NCBI GenBank assembly: GCA_902521465.1
Contig: CABYRL010000002.1
Coordinates: 58,777-122,776 of the forward strand
From: an uncultured Alphaproteobacteria bacterium
GTDB taxonomy: Bacteria; Pseudomonadota; Alphaproteobacteria; HIMB59
Length of the DNA stretch: 64,000 nucleotides
Reading direction: 5' to 3'
Below are positions 61,346-64,000 of the stretch, one piece after another. Below the pieces are notes generated by a model. The model was not told the DNA's origin, ran no database searches, and saw only the letters and a program-made list of their open reading frames with translations. The translations under genes were made by a program, and so were the position numbers. How positions within the stretch are numbered: the stretch's first letter is position 1; every line of letters starts with the position of its first letter.

Positions 61346-62056
61346 ATGTATAAAAATATCATGTTAAAGATTTCTGGTGAGTCTTTAGCAGGATCTAATG
61401 ATCAAGGTTTCGATTTTGATATTTTAAACGATCTTTCTAACAGTATTAAAAAACTTCAATCTAAAAATCTTAAAATTTCTATTGTTTTAGGAGGAGGCAA
61501 TTTTATTAGAGGTTCATCTTTTTCTAATGGAGTAGTTGATAGAGTAACCTCTGATTATATGGGTATGCTTGGTACTGTAATTAATTCATTAGCCTTACAA
61601 TCTAATCTTAAAAAAATTGGCGTAGAGTCTAGGGTGATGACAGCTATAAGTATAAACAAAGTTGCTGAACCGTACATTAAAAATAAAGCATCTAACCATC
61701 TTGATAAAAACAGAGTTGTAATTTTTGCCTCAGGAACTGGAAATCCTTTTTTTTCAACAGACACAGCTGCAGTGCTTAGGGCCTCAGAAATGAAATCAGA
61801 TATAATTTTAAAAGGAACAAAAGTTGATGGTATTTATGACAAAGATCCTAATGAAAATCCTAATGCAAAAAAAATATCTATCATTTCTTATTCAGATTAT
61901 CTAAATAAAGACATAAAAGTTATGGATGCCACTGCAATTAGCTTAGCAAAAGATAGATCTTTACCGATAATTATTTTTTCTATATTAAAAAGTTCAAATA
62001 TAATTGACATAGTAAATGGTAACGGATCATACTCTATTATTAAAAATACTAAATAA
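61346..62056 (+). CDS. pyrH: Uridylate kinase (ATG 61346 preferred)
   Basis: LKISGESL, GGGNF.RG, DYMGMLGT, GTGNPFFSTD, VMDATA. Confidence 0.97.
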   Translation: MYKNIMLKISGESLAGSNDQGFDFDILNDLSNSIKKLQSKNLKISIVLGGGNFIRGSSFSNGVVDRVTSDYMGMLGTVINSLALQSNLKKIGVESRVMTAISINKVAEPYIKNKASNHLDKNRVVIFASGTGNPFFSTDTAAVLRASEMKSDIILKGTKVDGIYDKDPNENPNAKKISIISYSDYLNKDIKVMDATAISLAKDRSLPIIIFSILKSSNIIDIVNGNGSYSIIKNTK

Positions 62057-62607
62057 TGTTTGAAAAAGATAATTGTTTGAAGGAAATGAATTTGAGCCTT
62101 GACGCTTTTTCCAATGAACTTAAAAACATCAGAACTGGAAGAGTTTCTCCTGATATTCTAAAGTCTATATCAGTTGATAGTTATGGATCTAAAACACCTC
62201 TAACACAACTTTCTAATATTAATAACTTGGATAATATGACTTTAAATATTAACGTTTGGGATTCTTCCTTAATTAAAAATATTGAAAAATCTATTTTAGA
62301 CTCGAACCTAGGTGTCACACCTCAGACCGATGGCACAAATATACTTTTAAAATTTCCTGAACTTTCTGCTGAACGAAGAAAAGATCTAGTAAAGATAATT
62401 TCAGAAATAGCAGAAAAGTTTAAGATATCTGTTAGAGGAGTACGTAGAAAGCACTTAGATGATATAAAAAAACTTGAAAAAGAAAAAACAATTTCTATAG
62501 ATGAAAGTAAAAAATTTCATGATGATGTTCAGAAAATTACCGACCTTATAATAAAAAAAATTGAAAATTTAACCTCAGTAAAAGAAACTGAAATTCTTAA
62601 AGTATAA
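62056..62607 (+). CDS. frr: Ribosome recycling factor
   Basis: IRTGR, YGSKTPL, P.LSAERRKDLVK, R.VRR. Confidence 0.96.
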   Translation: MFEKDNCLKEMNLSLDAFSNELKNIRTGRVSPDILKSISVDSYGSKTPLTQLSNINNLDNMTLNINVWDSSLIKNIEKSILDSNLGVTPQTDGTNILLKFPELSAERRKDLVKIISEIAEKFKISVRGVRRKHLDDIKKLEKEKTISIDESKKFHDDVQKITDLIIKKIENLTSVKETEILKV

Positions 62608-62609
62608 AA

Positions 62610-63281
62610 TTGTCAAAAAAAATAAATCATGTTGCGCTTATAATGGATGGCAATAATCGATGGTCAAAAAAAAATAAAATTAGTAAATATAACTCTTATC
62701 AAAAAGGTGCAAAAAAATTAATTGAAATAACTAATTTTATTTTTCAAAAATATGATATTAATTATGTTTCTGCGTTTGCTCTATCAAAACATAACTTAAA
62801 CAGAGGTTCTGCATTAATAAATATTATCAAAAATGTTTTAATCGATTTTTTAGATCAATCTAACGATATTCATAGTTTAAAGTTTAGTATTAAATTTAAA
62901 GGAAATTTGAGTTTTCTATCAAGTAGCATAATTAATAAACTAATGGATATAGAAAAAAACAATTTAAAATATAAAAAAAAATTAGTTATATATTTAAATT
63001 ACAGTGGTAAAGATGATATTTTTAATTCAATCAAATCTATCAATAATATAAAAAAATTTACAAAAAAAAATTTTCATAATAATCTCACCTCTGCAGGAAT
63101 ACCTGATCCAGATATTTTAATTAGAACCGGTGGCTTCAAAAGAATAAGTGATTTTATGTTATATCAAATATCATTTACTGAACTTTTTTTTAAAAAAAAA
63201 TTATGGCCAGATATAAATAAAAATGACATTAAAAATATTATTGAAGAATTTAATAGGATAGATCGAAAATTTGGTAATTGA
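62610..63281 (+). CDS. uppS: Undecaprenyl diphosphate synthase
   Basis: IMDGNNRW, LNYSG, PDPDILIRTGG..RISDF.LYQ. Confidence 0.95.
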   Translation: MSKKINHVALIMDGNNRWSKKNKISKYNSYQKGAKKLIEITNFIFQKYDINYVSAFALSKHNLNRGSALINIIKNVLIDFLDQSNDIHSLKFSIKFKGNLSFLSSSIINKLMDIEKNNLKYKKKLVIYLNYSGKDDIFNSIKSINNIKKFTKKNFHNNLTSAGIPDPDILIRTGGFKRISDFMLYQISFTELFFKKKLWPDINKNDIKNIIEEFNRIDRKFGN

Positions 63282-63984
63282 TTATAGTAGAATAATTGTC
63301 GGATTTTTTATATTAATTTTTTTTACTTTAGGTTATTTTTTAAAACTTGATATTTTGATTTTATCTTTAATTACTATTTTCGTAATTATTGAATTATATT
63401 TATCTAAGTTTATTTCTAAAATTTCTGATATAATTATAATTGCTTTTTTTATTATACTATTTCCATTAATATATATTAATAATAAAATTATATTTTTCAT
63501 AAATATTCTTTTTTTTCTTTTTGTATTAATTAATATATTCCTACCAAATTTTTATTTTAAAAAGTTTTTTTTGCTAAGTGTTTTAATTTTTGTTCATAAT
63601 TTTTTCACGTTTATTTACTTTGATAGAAATCTTTTATATTTAACTATAATGGTTGCTTTTTTTAATGATACTGTTGCATACATTTCTGGCAGAACACTTA
63701 AGGGACCTTTAATCGTACCTTCAATAAGTCCAAATAAAACTTGGTCAGGTACAACTGTTTCTTTTATTTTTACATTATTTTTGATTTACCAATTTGATAT
63801 ATCAATATTATTAGCTAGTTTCTTATCAATTTCACTATTTTTTGGTGATATATTTTTTTCCTATGTTAAAAGAAATTATAATTTGAAAGATTTTTCAAAT
63901 TTTCTCAAAGGTCACGGAGGTTTTCTTGATAGATTAGATAGTATGTTTTTCTTTTCAGTAATAATAAATTATATTTTTCTATGA
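63271..63984 (+). CDS. cdsA: Phosphatidate cytidylyltransferase
   Basis: DT.AY..G, SPNKTW.G, GD...S..KR....KDF, GHGG.LDRLDS. Confidence 0.95.
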   Translation: MVIDYSRIIVGFFILIFFTLGYFLKLDILILSLITIFVIIELYLSKFISKISDIIIIAFFIILFPLIYINNKIIFFINILFFLFVLINIFLPNFYFKKFFLLSVLIFVHNFFTFIYFDRNLLYLTIMVAFFNDTVAYISGRTLKGPLIVPSISPNKTWSGTTVSFIFTLFLIYQFDISILLASFLSISLFFGDIFFSYVKRNYNLKDFSNFLKGHGGFLDRLDSMFFFSVIINYIFL

Positions 63985-64000
63985 ATATAAAAATTCTAAT

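Noticed and set aside
63981-64000. Start of a further ORF (MNIKIL...) overlapping the cdsA stop
   Set aside because: Too little sequence in the window to identify or support.

Overview
AT-rich (roughly 30% GC by eye), very densely packed chromosomal segment of a streamlined, probably marine, alphaproteobacterium. The gene order is SAR11-like, but glnB, glnE and a G-1/C73 tRNA-His argue against typical Pelagibacter. (1) 1-8 kb is an amine/nitrogen accessory cluster: the 3' end of N-methylglutamate synthase subunit C, two hypothetical genes, gmaS, a divergently transcribed Amt with altered pore residues followed by an uncalled 57-aa membrane protein, a class-I glutamine amidotransferase-like gene, a second atypical GS-family ligase and a MetX-like alpha/beta hydrolase. 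(2) 8-32.6 kb is core backbone: tyrS, anmK, mnmA, sufBCDS-sufT-sufA, two EamA transporters, thrS, hisI, dusA, glnE, glnA, glnB, tRNA-His/Leu, tig-clpP-clpX-lon-hup, tRNA-Val/Asp. (3) 32.6-36.4 kb is a 2.7-kb integrase-less islet bounded by a 48-bp duplication of the tRNA-Asp 3' half that starts at the anticodon loop. It has matching motif blocks inside both ends and an internal hydrolase gene bracketed by its own 38-bp direct repeats, and it is followed by a polysaccharide-lyase-like lipoprotein gene with no obvious start codon. (4) 36.4-64 kb is core backbone: nuoA-N, birA, coaX, rnj, DUF1467, proS, lolE/lolD, dnaE, a structured rpsB leader, rpsB-tsf-pyrH-frr-uppS-cdsA. All family assignments come from by-eye motif recognition; no database searches were run.
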